Numbered from the stretch's first letter, positions 1-8,423 are shown. The stretch is 19,281 bases of DNA from Anabaena azotica FACHB-119 (GCF_014697625.1 NZ_JACJSG010000078.1:1-19281), one strand, 5' to 3'. Translations and numbers: made by a program. The notes: generated by a model from the letters alone, not told the origin.

Positions 1-405
1 CAGTCACTCAGCACTGAGCAATTGGCGTTACTTGCTGCTATCCCTGCTATGCAAGAAGCCATTGCCCAGTTACAAGCCCAGGTGCAAACGCTGCTACCCC
101 CATCATCTGACTTTATGCCCCCCGGTTGGGATGCTGAGGTTTGGCGATCGCTACCTCCACAAGATAAACGCCACTTCCGGTTTATGTTCCGCCGTCGTGG
201 TTTCCGCCCCTCACCGCAAGGTCAAGCTGAACCAGTGGCACTACCCGCCATTAGTACCGAGCAGATGAAGCAAAACCAGAGGGATGAGGTAGCGCAGTTA
301 GTTGGTGAAGTATCGCCCGAACAGAAACGAGAAGTTCAGTTAGCCAAACAAGAGATTTTGAGGCAGTTCTGGTCACAAGCGCCAGATGAAGATGTGCCGT
401 TTTAG
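1..405 (+). CDS. hypothetical protein, probably 5'-partial (frame open to the left window edge)
   Basis: Frame 1 is open from base 1. QSLSTEQ precedes the TTG at 22, and the first in-frame ATG is at 49. Stop is TAG at 403-405. The next co-oriented gene starts 37 nt downstream. No recognisable domain. Confidence 0.5.
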   Translation, partial: QSLSTEQLALLAAIPAMQEAIAQLQAQVQTLLPPSSDFMPPGWDAEVWRSLPPQDKRHFRFMFRRRGFRPSPQGQAEPVALPAISTEQMKQNQRDEVAQLVGEVSPEQKREVQLAKQEILRQFWSQAPDEDVPF

Positions 406-442
406 ATTTACCAATTCTGCATATATATATGGAAGGTGAGAC

Positions 443-1492
443 ATGAGCAGTATTGCATCTACTGACAAATTTTCTGTCTTGGTCATTCTGCGCCGGGAAT
501 ACCTTGACATCACGAATAATTATTGTGCGGCCAAGCTGATTGAGTATTTCCGCCATTGGACAAAGTGGAAAATGAAAAATCACCGTACCCCTTGGGTGTA
601 TCAGCCCCTCAAGCGGATTTACGCTGATTTGATGGGAGAGCATAGCCTTCATGTAATTCGGGCCGCGATCGCACGGCTTGAAGAGATGGGGATTATCGAG
701 AAGCAGAAAAATCCCGGTAACGGACAGGATAGGACTTGGCAGTATAAATTAAACTTTAATGTACTGAATAAGCTAATTGAACTTGGGAGAGGCAAAACTG
801 AACATTGCACGTTCAATGCAGAACAATACCACAGTAACCAACCTCAAACTTCAAAACCACAACAACACACTGCTGTTGAGCCTTCTAAAAGTGAGGAACT
901 GGAAAACGAGAATTTGGAGTATAACCAGGAAGGGTTGAGCCAAGCCCCAGAGTTAGAGCTACCCCAAGATACTCACTACGTTGATGAACCAGAACAAGAT
1001 GACTCGACTAGCGGGATAGATCATCATGGGGGCAATTCTTCCGCCGCCGTGTCAGGTTTTCATAACGAAGACTCTGGTGATGATGATTACACTGAGTCAC
1101 AAGAAAAATCAGTACAGCCGAGTCAACAGGAGGTACAGGAAGTTTTGCAGCAGTTGAGGGAAATTCCTTGTACTCCGCAGTTTCGGCTCAACGGGGAGAT
1201 TCAGCGAACGGTCAAGCGGTACTGGGGCAATGTGCCGGGTGCGATCGCTTATCTCAAGGAGGCAGTACGGACTTGGAAAGGTATCAAGTCACCTGAAGCG
1301 GTATTTGTGGCTGCTTGTAGGGAGGGAAGGAAGCCGGAGGTGCAGCAGGCTAAGTCTGAGGCGATCGCTTGGTTTGAGTGGGCGCGGAAAAACAGGATTG
1401 TGATTGCTATGTCGGGTGAGGTTGTGTATACGCCGGAGGGTGAGGCTGTGGCGTTGGCGAAGATGATGCGGCGGTATCCTGTGGGAGAATAA
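443..1492 (+). CDS. hypothetical plasmid-type protein with an N-terminal winged-helix-like segment
   Basis: 349-aa ORF. ATG 443 is preceded by GGAAGGTGAG. The N-terminal ~110 aa resembles a wHTH DNA-binding module (HSLHVIRAAIARLEEMGIIEKQK). The middle is acidic and low-complexity, and the C-terminus is basic. HIP1 sites lie inside the ORF. Function not established. Confidence 0.7.
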   Translation: MSSIASTDKFSVLVILRREYLDITNNYCAAKLIEYFRHWTKWKMKNHRTPWVYQPLKRIYADLMGEHSLHVIRAAIARLEEMGIIEKQKNPGNGQDRTWQYKLNFNVLNKLIELGRGKTEHCTFNAEQYHSNQPQTSKPQQHTAVEPSKSEELENENLEYNQEGLSQAPELELPQDTHYVDEPEQDDSTSGIDHHGGNSSAAVSGFHNEDSGDDDYTESQEKSVQPSQQEVQEVLQQLREIPCTPQFRLNGEIQRTVKRYWGNVPGAIAYLKEAVRTWKGIKSPEAVFVAACREGRKPEVQQAKSEAIAWFEWARKNRIVIAMSGEVVYTPEGEAVALAKMMRRYPVGE

Positions 1493-1629
1493 CATCACAA
1501 GTAATACCATTTTACTGACAACAATGAAACGGATCTAATTCTTTTAGAATAAGTTTATTCTTAGTATTTAACCTCTTAAGAAACATATTCTATAGCTTGC
1601 TTAATAGGTAAAAGCTATAAAGCAAAAGC

Positions 1630-2112
1630 TTAAAATCCTCTTGTTTTACAAAGGGCATCTATATCTTGCCACTTTTTTCCTTTTGAAAATTTAGCGGCAT
1701 CTTCCGGTGTATAGTTTTCAAATAAAACTTGATAAGCTGCTAACAATTTAATCCTTTTACCAAGTTTTGTTGATTTCTTTTGTTCTTCTGCTATTAAACA
1801 GGCAGCATAAGCATCAAAAACGGTAGATTCTGATATTTTAATTTTTTCTGTAAGAACTAAAGGATTAATTTGAAGATTAACTATCGGAGTTTTAAAAGTT
1901 GATAAATCTTTGTTGTTTTTATTTATTTGACCACCAATTTGTAGTATTGCATTCCATACTAGTTTAGGTGAATTATAGCTCTTAAAAAACTCTAAAAACT
2001 GAACATCTAAAATTGGATAGTCATTTAAAGTGACCATATAATTATCAAAATTTCCGGGACTAAAACATAGTCTTAACCCTGCCGGGTACTCTCTTAAAAG
2101 TAAGTTACACAT
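1630..2112 (-). CDS. hypothetical protein (160 aa) in the AT-rich island
   Basis: Long ORF in a very AT-rich region where stop codons are frequent, which supports real coding. Lys/Asn/Ile-rich. I recognise no domain. Confidence 0.6.
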   Translation of the reverse strand: MCNLLLREYPAGLRLCFSPGNFDNYMVTLNDYPILDVQFLEFFKSYNSPKLVWNAILQIGGQINKNNKDLSTFKTPIVNLQINPLVLTEKIKISESTVFDAYAACLIAEEQKKSTKLGKRIKLLAAYQVLFENYTPEDAAKFSKGKKWQDIDALCKTRGF

Positions 2113-2449
2113 ATATTATTCTATTAACTTATTAATATAGTTTTTATAACAAAAATTTTATAAATACATTTAGTATTTCTGCTGAATTATACTTATTTTC
2201 TTTTCTATGAAAATATTTGATAATAAGTATATTTAACTAGCAATAATCTCGAACCAGTATTTAATGGAAATGTTGAAACTAGTGCAATTTTTCTTGCCAG
2301 AGATACGTGTATAAGTTTTTGTGTTGACACTGAAATTAAAGAAAGTCTTTTTTCTACCCTGTTGGGGCTGTAATTAAAATTAAATTTTTGCTTAAAAAAA
2401 ACTATTTTTCAAGTATGTATAGATAGTGAATATTTAGTAAAGCCTTAAG

Positions 2450-3370
2450 TCAAAGATAGGTATCTCTATATTTACTTGCTATCATTTCTTTAGCTTGTGA
2501 TTTAGTCCATCTTGGAATAGGCTCCAAATCAGGAATCTTAACAAGTGAATCTGGAATAGCTTGATAAGTTATATTAAAAATCACCTTTGCAATTTCTTTA
2601 CAACATTGTTCTGGGTAACGTATAACTTGCTCTTCAGCAAATCTAATAACAATCCAGTTTAAATCTATAAAAAACTGATTTCTTTGGCATTCCTTGTATG
2701 AATCATATTCATGATAAGGATAATAAAGTCCATTACTTTGTTTTTTAAAATATGGCTCATCAATTTCAATATCAATACATAATTTATCATCTATATAACA
2801 AAAATCTGGGGTATATGGATACGAAAAATCTTCAATAGTAAAAGACTTTTTTGTATAAATTTTACCCACGAAATACTTTTTTATATAAGGCTCAAATCGA
2901 GTCTCACCTACTCCCCTAGTAACATCATTCTTAATTTGATCAGGTTTGCCTGTATTAATCAGTGTAGGATTCTTCAATATTGATTCTCTATATTTTTTTA
3001 TATTTTCATCACTTCTAATTATTTTTATAGATTGATTATAATCAATCATTTCAATTTGATATTTTTTATCTTCTTGTTCGTAGTTTCTAATTTGATTAAA
3101 ATAATCATTTTTCCTTGTAGGATATGAATAATATTGAAACGCTCCTATTATAAATGCTAATGAAATTGTAAAAATCAATAACGATACAGATTGATTTAAT
3201 AAACTAATAAAAGTACCAATAATACTTATTGCTATAAGCCATCCAGTATTAAAAGGTTGAGGCTCTGGCATTGGTTTAACTGGCTTATTAGGAGGATTTG
3301 GGATAGGAGGAAGTATTTGTTGAACTTTCTCAAGAACTTCAGGCATATAAATGTCAGGATATGTTCTCAT
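2450..3370 (-). CDS. membrane-anchored protein with a C-terminal DUF559/Vsr-like (PD-(D/E)xK superfamily) endonuclease-fold domain
   Basis: 306-aa ORF in the AT-rich island. There is a Pro-rich N-terminus followed by two hydrophobic helices (WLIAISIIGTFISLL, SLLIFTISLAFIIGAF). The C-terminal pattern GETRF...YTPDFCY...IDIEIDEPY...H...RNQFFIDLNWIVIRFAEEQV matches the DUF559/Vsr layout (D ... ExD ... H ... R ... GW.V.RF) by eye. Confidence 0.6.
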   Translation of the reverse strand: MRTYPDIYMPEVLEKVQQILPPIPNPPNKPVKPMPEPQPFNTGWLIAISIIGTFISLLNQSVSLLIFTISLAFIIGAFQYYSYPTRKNDYFNQIRNYEQEDKKYQIEMIDYNQSIKIIRSDENIKKYRESILKNPTLINTGKPDQIKNDVTRGVGETRFEPYIKKYFVGKIYTKKSFTIEDFSYPYTPDFCYIDDKLCIDIEIDEPYFKKQSNGLYYPYHEYDSYKECQRNQFFIDLNWIVIRFAEEQVIRYPEQCCKEIAKVIFNITYQAIPDSLVKIPDLEPIPRWTKSQAKEMIASKYRDTYL

Positions 3371-3548
3371 GTTTTCATATATATCTGGAATCCTTAAAAA
3401 TTATACTACTAATAATTATTACTTGTTTATAAGTAAACACACTTAAAAATTTCTATTAAAAGTTACATGAATGATAGTAATCATTTTAAATAAATTTAGA
3501 ACTTATAAATTCTTCCCCTACTGCACCAATTCTCCTATCCCCTGCTTT

Positions 3549-4400
3549 TTACGCTACGACGAACAACTGCCCCCACTGGTCAGGCTTCAATTGTTCAAGC
3601 GGGTAATACTGCAAGTATTCATCCGCAAACGAAGGATTGGCAGTTGACAACCACCAGAAGGCATCTGTACCGCACTCGCACATTACTCGCTCTCGGTTGT
3701 CTGCGCGGACTGCCCACAAGATACCCTGGCTTAGTTCTACTTCACCCAGTTTGTTGCCGTCCCTGTAGATGCGATGCCTTCGGCGGGCTTTCCTGCGGAA
3801 CGCAGCGCGAACGCCAACGCCTATCAATTCCAAACCACGTTTCTCACATTCTGCGGCTACCTCGGTCATGATTTCATTACCAATGTTGTCTGTCTGGGTG
3901 GCGTTCTGTTCTTGCACAGGTAATGAGCCGTCTAGATACTTCCAATTGATGAAGCGATGCCTTCGGCAACGTCTTCGACAAACGCACTTCTCTAGTGTGT
4001 AGTCTCTGTGAATTTCTTGCCCGTTCACCATCACTACCCAGCGTAGAGTTACAAAGTCTTCGCTGTCATAGCTCACAGTGGCTATCAATTTGTCCCCGGC
4101 GTAATATTCAGTTTCGTAGAAGGATATCTCTCTTACCGTTAGGCTTTCGGGTGCAATTTCTTCGGCTTGCTGGGCGATGAAATTCTCTAGTTCGGCTTGG
4201 GCTTGCGCTTGTTGGTCGAGGGCAGCCGGGGCGATTTTGTAGAGGTGTCGGGTTTGGTGTTGAGCGATCGCGCTTATCCATGCGTTCTTGCGTCGTCTGT
4301 CCCGTACTACTGTAGTTCCGCCGATTTCGCTGTAGATTTGCTTGAGCCGCGCAATTGATTTGCGTTCCAGGGATTGATGAGAATACCGTGGGTGGGTCAT
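3549..4400 (-). CDS. hypothetical protein (283 aa) with two Arg-rich RRHR clusters
   Basis: Long ORF, ATG at 4400, divergent from the GIY-YIG/HTH gene. Contains CRRRCRRHRF and FRRKARRRHRIY. These are encoded by an identical 14-nt stretch (gcgatgccttcggc on the + strand) at 3771-3784 and 3954-3967. The + strand ORFs overlapping it look like shadows. Confidence 0.7.
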   Translation of the reverse strand: MTHPRYSHQSLERKSIARLKQIYSEIGGTTVVRDRRRKNAWISAIAQHQTRHLYKIAPAALDQQAQAQAELENFIAQQAEEIAPESLTVREISFYETEYYAGDKLIATVSYDSEDFVTLRWVVMVNGQEIHRDYTLEKCVCRRRCRRHRFINWKYLDGSLPVQEQNATQTDNIGNEIMTEVAAECEKRGLELIGVGVRAAFRRKARRRHRIYRDGNKLGEVELSQGILWAVRADNRERVMCECGTDAFWWLSTANPSFADEYLQYYPLEQLKPDQWGQLFVVA

Positions 4401-4424
4401 AATTAGTGAGTCTATAAAAGGACT

Positions 4425-4560
4425 AAGAAAGCGCTTCAGATTGCAAGTCGGGCGCTTTCTTTAATATCTATTATGCGCTAAAATTTTAGCGCAGTCAAGA
4501 AATTTTTAGCTGTTAGCGCTAATATATTAGCACGTATATTACAAAGGAAGCGCTAAAAAG
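4425..4560. promoter_or_regulatory. divergent promoter/operator region with an array of AGCGCTAA-type palindromes
   Basis: Four elements: (1) inverted repeat aagaaagcgc (4425-4434) / gcgctttctt (4452-4461); (2) perfect 18-bp palindrome gcgctaaaattttagcgc (4475-4492); (3) overlapping palindromes ttagcgctaa (4513-4522) and gctaatatattagc (4518-4531); (4) half-site gcgctaaaa (4550-4558) just before ATG 4563. Confidence 0.5.
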
Positions 4561-4562
4561 TT

Positions 4563-5057
4563 ATGGTTTATATGGAAGATGTAAATTTATGGGAGCTGCC
4601 ATTTGTGGCACTTGAAGACAGAAACTCATTGCCTGATGAACCCTGTGTTTACTTGGCAATCGATAAAGATAATTCGGTGCTGTACGTGGGTATGTCTGAG
4701 AATTTAAGGCTAAAGTGGAAAAACCATCCTAAGCTTGAAGCCTTAAGTCGTCTTGAAGGCGTAAAAATCTCGTACATTAGAACCGAAGCTGAATTACTCA
4801 GAAAGTTAGAGAATGCCTTAATCAAAGTGTTCAAACCGCCGTTGAACCAAACGGAAGCACCTAAAAGAGGTATTGCAGCTTTAAGAGAAAAAATGGGTTT
4901 AACTCAGAAACAATTAGGTGATTTAGTTGGAGTTGACACTTCAACAATTAGAAATTGGGAATATGGCAAAGGAGCAGAAACTTTTGCAAAAGTAGCAAGG
5001 CTGTGTAAAGTGCTTGAATGTGATGTAGAAGATTTGTTTGAGGAAGAAGCAGTTTGA
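4563..5057 (+). CDS. GIY-YIG nuclease-domain protein fused to a C-terminal XRE-family helix-turn-helix
   Basis: N-terminus CVYLAIDKDNSVLYVGMSENLRLKWKNH ... LENALIKVFKPPLN fits the GIY-(10)-YIG ... (R/K) ... H ... E ... N layout. C-terminus LREKMGLTQKQLGDLVGVDTSTIRNWEYGK is a typical XRE HTH. Confidence 0.8.
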   Translation: MVYMEDVNLWELPFVALEDRNSLPDEPCVYLAIDKDNSVLYVGMSENLRLKWKNHPKLEALSRLEGVKISYIRTEAELLRKLENALIKVFKPPLNQTEAPKRGIAALREKMGLTQKQLGDLVGVDTSTIRNWEYGKGAETFAKVARLCKVLECDVEDLFEEEAV

Positions 5058-5189
5058 TGATTAAACCTGCTATCTTCTTTCCTTTCCTGGGTTTAGCACT
5101 AAAGAAGCCATTGCAGTTCCTTATGATATCCAACATCTACGTTGCGATGGCTTCTGAGAAACCTTTATTTAACTAGAGGAGGTGGAATT

Positions 5190-6110
5190 ATGAACCAACC
5201 ACCTTCTAAACGTAAAAAAGCTACCTCCGGTACATTCAGCAATTCAATACCATCGGCTAATTCTCTTAACGATACGGTTGATCAAGAGAATCCTGCTAAC
5301 GCAACCATTACAGTAAGCGCTGTTGAAGTACCTGAACTAACCGAGCAAGAACAAAGCGATCGCCTGCACTTGGAACGCATCGTGGAACGGTCGTTTTTTG
5401 AAGCGGGGAAGGCGCTCATGGAACTACGCGATCGCCGTCTCTATCGTTCAACGCACCGGACATTTGAGCAATATTGTAAGGACAGGTTTGGTTTAAGTCG
5501 TGACACTGCCTACCTCAAGCTTTCGGCTACTGTTGTCTATGACAACATTGAGAAATTTTTGCCGACCATTGGTCGGCAAATTCCTATGCCGACCAACGAG
5601 CGACAATTGCGTGATTTGGCGAAAGCAGATTTTGAACCCCACGTCCAGGCGGATGTCTGGCAGCGAGCAGTAGAGCAGGCAAATGGGAAAGTTCCTAGTG
5701 GGCGTATCGTCAAGAGTATTGTCGAGCAACTTAAAGATAAACCTTTATTTTTCGCTCGTGATTTCTGCCAAATAGGCGATGTGTTCACCATCTGCAAGCT
5801 AGAAGGGACTGAGCGCAAATATAATAACTGTTGGGCGATTGCCGTCGCACTCAACGAGTTTACAGTAGAAGTTGATGTACATGATGCCACCCTTACTGTG
5901 AAACCTGAAAATCTCAACAAAATCGATTCACCCGAAGCACACCGTCAGCTGCCACAAATCAAAAAGCGAATTTTGAGATTGCGTGAGTGTGGAAACTTAG
6001 ATCGGTGCGCTTACACTGTGCTGGAATCCTTGGGTAAGCAGATTTACTTAACCGAAGTTGAAGACGGTTTGTTGCAGTGGTTGGAAAACCATTATGGAGT
6101 TATCCGTTGA
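5190..6110 (+). CDS. putative DNA-binding protein with a ParB/KorB-like HTH segment
   Basis: ATG 5190 is preceded by GAGGAGGTGG (5176-5185), a better start than the TTG at 5142. The segment EAGKALMELRDRRLYRSTHRTFEQYCKDRFGLSRDTAYLKLSATVV resembles the RLYR-type HTH seen in ParB/KorB-like plasmid and phage proteins (from memory). Confidence 0.65.
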   Translation: MNQPPSKRKKATSGTFSNSIPSANSLNDTVDQENPANATITVSAVEVPELTEQEQSDRLHLERIVERSFFEAGKALMELRDRRLYRSTHRTFEQYCKDRFGLSRDTAYLKLSATVVYDNIEKFLPTIGRQIPMPTNERQLRDLAKADFEPHVQADVWQRAVEQANGKVPSGRIVKSIVEQLKDKPLFFARDFCQIGDVFTICKLEGTERKYNNCWAIAVALNEFTVEVDVHDATLTVKPENLNKIDSPEAHRQLPQIKKRILRLRECGNLDRCAYTVLESLGKQIYLTEVEDGLLQWLENHYGVIR

Positions 6111-6288
6111 GCGATCGCTGCTATTGCGTTTGGGTTGTGGAGGGGGAGCGATGGCGTTCCGCCCAGCTTCCCTGCGGGACGCTCCGCGAACGCTGATCGC
6201 GCTTTTATGTCATTTAAAGGATAAAGTGGCCGCCCTAGAAACCTGGAATACTTATTTTTGCGTTCTCCTATTTTCGTTATACTTTACA

Positions 6289-6444
6289 AGCGATCGCATT
6301 TCACGGTTACGGGAATGTGAGAACTTGGAAGAGGCGGCCCGTGCTGTGTTGAAGCATCTGGGGGAGGTGAAGCGATCGTATTTAACAGTGTTTGAGTCAG
6401 AACTTTTGAGTTTTTTAGAGGCTAAATGTTCATTACAGGTATGA
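6289..6444 (+). pseudogene. relic second copy of the 3' end of the ParB-like gene family
   Basis: The translation SDRISRLRECENLEEAARAVLKHLGEVKRSYLTVFESELLSFLEAKCSLQV aligns by eye with the C-terminus of the upstream gene (KRILRLRECGNLDRCAYTVLESLGKQIYLTEVEDGLLQWLENHYGVIR). The upstream part of ORF 6058-6444 overlaps the real gene and has no such similarity. Confidence 0.4.
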
Positions 6445-6618
6445 CTTATGCCCACACCCAACTGTAACAAGAGATCCAAAAGATACCGCACAGTTTGATT
6501 AGTAAAGTAATCGCAAAATTTCTAGTAATTACTATAAGCTACTGCGTTCTTAAGTTGATAAATAGCTATCATTACGTAAGCCTGAGCAGATTTAATCAAT
6601 AGAACTAGGTCTAGCACG

Positions 6619-6644
6619 GAATGGCACTAAGAAAAGCTAAAAGC
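6619..6644. repeat. IS terminal inverted repeat (left)
   Basis: gaatggcactaagaaaagctaaaagc. Its reverse complement occurs at 8186-8211 with one mismatch. Confidence 0.8.
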
Positions 6645-6652
6645 CTTACCAA

Positions 6653-8019
6653 TTAAGCGGTTTGTAATTGTTTACGTAATTCATGCCGGGGCTTAGTCAT
6701 TAAGGGGTAAACCTTGGGGCGGCGTTTACGGACTCGTGGCTCAGTTCTAGCTGGGCGATCGCTCACAGGTTTGTGAACAATAACTTTGAGTAAACTACGA
6801 TAAAGTTTCTGGCGTTTTTTAGAGTGAGCGTCCTCGAATTTGGGAATAAAATTTAGTAAATGATGGCGAGTACCTTGTAAAGATAAGCGTAAGGGAGGAG
6901 TATTATAAGTATTCCCTGCCTCGAACATTAAGCTACGAAGTAAATTGTAAGCGAGTAAATAAACATGAATTTCCTTACGTACCATTGCTGGGGTTTTACA
7001 TCGTAAAACATCCATTCCTAAAGTAGTTTTTAAATGTCTTAAATCTAGTTCAACATCCCAACGTTTATAATAAAGTCCAACTATTTCTAGGGTAGGATAA
7101 ATAGTTTTATCCAATAAAGTAGTGATGAGACTGACCCGCTCTGAGCGAAAACCAGGAATCACAACATAGTAGTAAATTTCACGTACAGTTATGGAAGGAG
7201 GTAAAGCTAAAAATTCGTCCTTGCTTAATCCTTGTGGGCATCTTTTAGGTTTGTACCAAGTAACTAACTTGTCACAATCACCAACTATTTTACCTTTTCG
7301 CATGGTTGTTGTGCGAGATTGATGCTTACGAAAAACTGCATCACAGCCGAGTTGAGTAATAGAGAACATATCAGCGTAAGCACAAAAGGCTCTGTCCCCT
7401 AAAAGTACATCATTAGGTTTTAGAAAACTGTACAACTTCCTGGCTAATTTAATATCATGAGTATTCAGAACGTCGATACACAAAGCAATTGCGGCTCCAG
7501 TTACTAAACTAAATATCACCCCAATTTTGGCTATTGGAAAGCCACATCCCTCTTTTGGCTACTAGCTTGGGGATATTCTTTTTGATTTTCAACAGTATCA
7601 GGCATAGAAACAGTCGAGCCATCAATTACTTTGACATTTCGACCACACCAGAACTTTTCATGAGTTACTTTCTCTTCTAAATTTCGTGCCGAGTCATTAA
7701 AAAGTTTTGCCAGTAATTTCTCTGGTAGTCTTGACCGTGCTTGGCAGTATGCACTTGTATCTGTTGACGGAACTTCTACCTCTTTTTCTGCCAAATGTGC
7801 AATTATTTTACTCACAGCATTATGACAAGTTTTATCACTGTCTAGAACCTGAGTTAAAAACGCCCATAAAGTCACCACTGGGTCAAATAACCGCTTTTTA
7901 TATTTGATTTTTAGCTCAGATATTGCTTGGTTAATTGCTGATTCTGGCAGCAATTCTTTAAAAGGTAGCCCCAGACCCTGGCTAAATTTATCCTTGAGAA
8001 TTTGTACTCTTAATGTCAC
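6653..8019 (-). pseudogene. IS4-family DDE transposase split into two frames (162 aa + 288 aa)
   Basis: The N-terminal ORF carries DGSTVSMPDTVENQKEYPQ. The C-terminal ORF carries LLGDRAF and the YKRWDVELDLRHLK (Y-R-E-K) signature. The second frame is open from 7558 and reads PKEGCGFPIAKIGVIFSL, so the break is a single -1 shift at ccaaaagagg (~7550-7560). Confidence 0.75.
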
Positions 8020-8185
8020 AGTAGTGTTTATGGTGTTAGCTTATTCGTCTCAACAAAAGTATTTCACGGACGAGTAAGCTTTTTCTACTAACAAAATTTT
8101 TGGGCAACCTTACATAGTGCGATCGCTTGCATCATACCATTACTGCACTCTCTGGCATTAAAAGCTGTAGCCCTTGTTGTGCATT

Positions 8186-8211
8186 GCTTGTAGCTTTTCT
8201 TAGTGCCATTC
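8186..8211. repeat. IS terminal inverted repeat (right)
   Basis: gcttgtagcttttcttagtgccattc, the reverse complement of 6619-6644 except for one position. Confidence 0.8.
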
Positions 8212-8374
8212 ACCCCAGTGGAGAAGTCATCCAAGAAGTCGGAAGCGGACTCAACTTCCGAAGAAAAAAGTTACTGGCCATAAAGGTGCAGATGCGGTTC
8301 GCATTGAGACTTATATTCGGCGGTGGTGGCTGTGGGTGAATTGTGGGGTGTTTTTGGGTTGCTGGGGTGCGGAG

Positions 8375-8406
8375 GTTCGGTGCGTTAACGAAGTAATGCA
8401 CCGAAC
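8375..8406 (-). terminator. weak terminator-like hairpin after the toxin gene
   Basis: 9-bp stem gttcggtgc / gcaccgaac with a 14-nt loop, 18 nt beyond the stop at 8424. There is no U-tract, so support is low. Confidence 0.25.
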
Positions 8407-8423
8407 TTGATCAGGCGATCGCA

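Larger units (their letters stand above)
6619..8211 (-). mobile_element. IS4-family insertion sequence (~1.59 kb)
   Basis: Terminal inverted repeats are 6619-6644 and 8186-8211, matching at 25/26 positions (gaatggcactaagaaaagcta[a/c]aagc). They bracket a DDE transposase reading frame. I found no flanking target-site duplication. Confidence 0.8.

Noticed and set aside
251-1510. Minus-strand ORFs 251-652 and 1289-1510, and + ORF 32-268
   Set aside because: They overlap longer co-linear + strand ORFs with better start contexts. Their compositions are typical of off-frame translation.
1591-1619. 8-bp AT-rich hairpin (tatagctt/aagctata) as a terminator between convergent genes
   Set aside because: The stem is weak and all A/T-rich with a 13-nt loop, and there is no U-tract on either strand.
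3644-4180. + strand ORFs 3644-3871, 3769-4002 and 3995-4180
   Set aside because: They are antisense to the 283-aa ORF. They are Arg/Cys/Leu-rich, as expected for shadow frames of an Arg-rich gene, and they overlap one another.
6058-6288. The 5' two-thirds of ORF 6058-6444 as a real gene
   Set aside because: It overlaps the end of the ParB-like CDS and runs through a HIP1/GC-rich spacer. Only the last ~50 codons show similarity to anything, so I treat that part as a relic fragment.
8333-8367. G-run cluster (ggg-N8-gggg-N7-ggg-N5-gggg) as a G-quadruplex
   Set aside because: At least one loop exceeds the usual 7-nt limit, and there is no supporting context. I noted it only as a G/T-rich spacer between the IS and the toxin gene.
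8127-8401. ORFs 8127-8339 (+) and 8210-8401 (-) as a possible immunity gene downstream of the toxin
   Set aside because: Both straddle the IS terminal inverted repeat (8186-8211). They use non-ATG starts and encode low-complexity Pro/Gly-rich peptides with no RBS.
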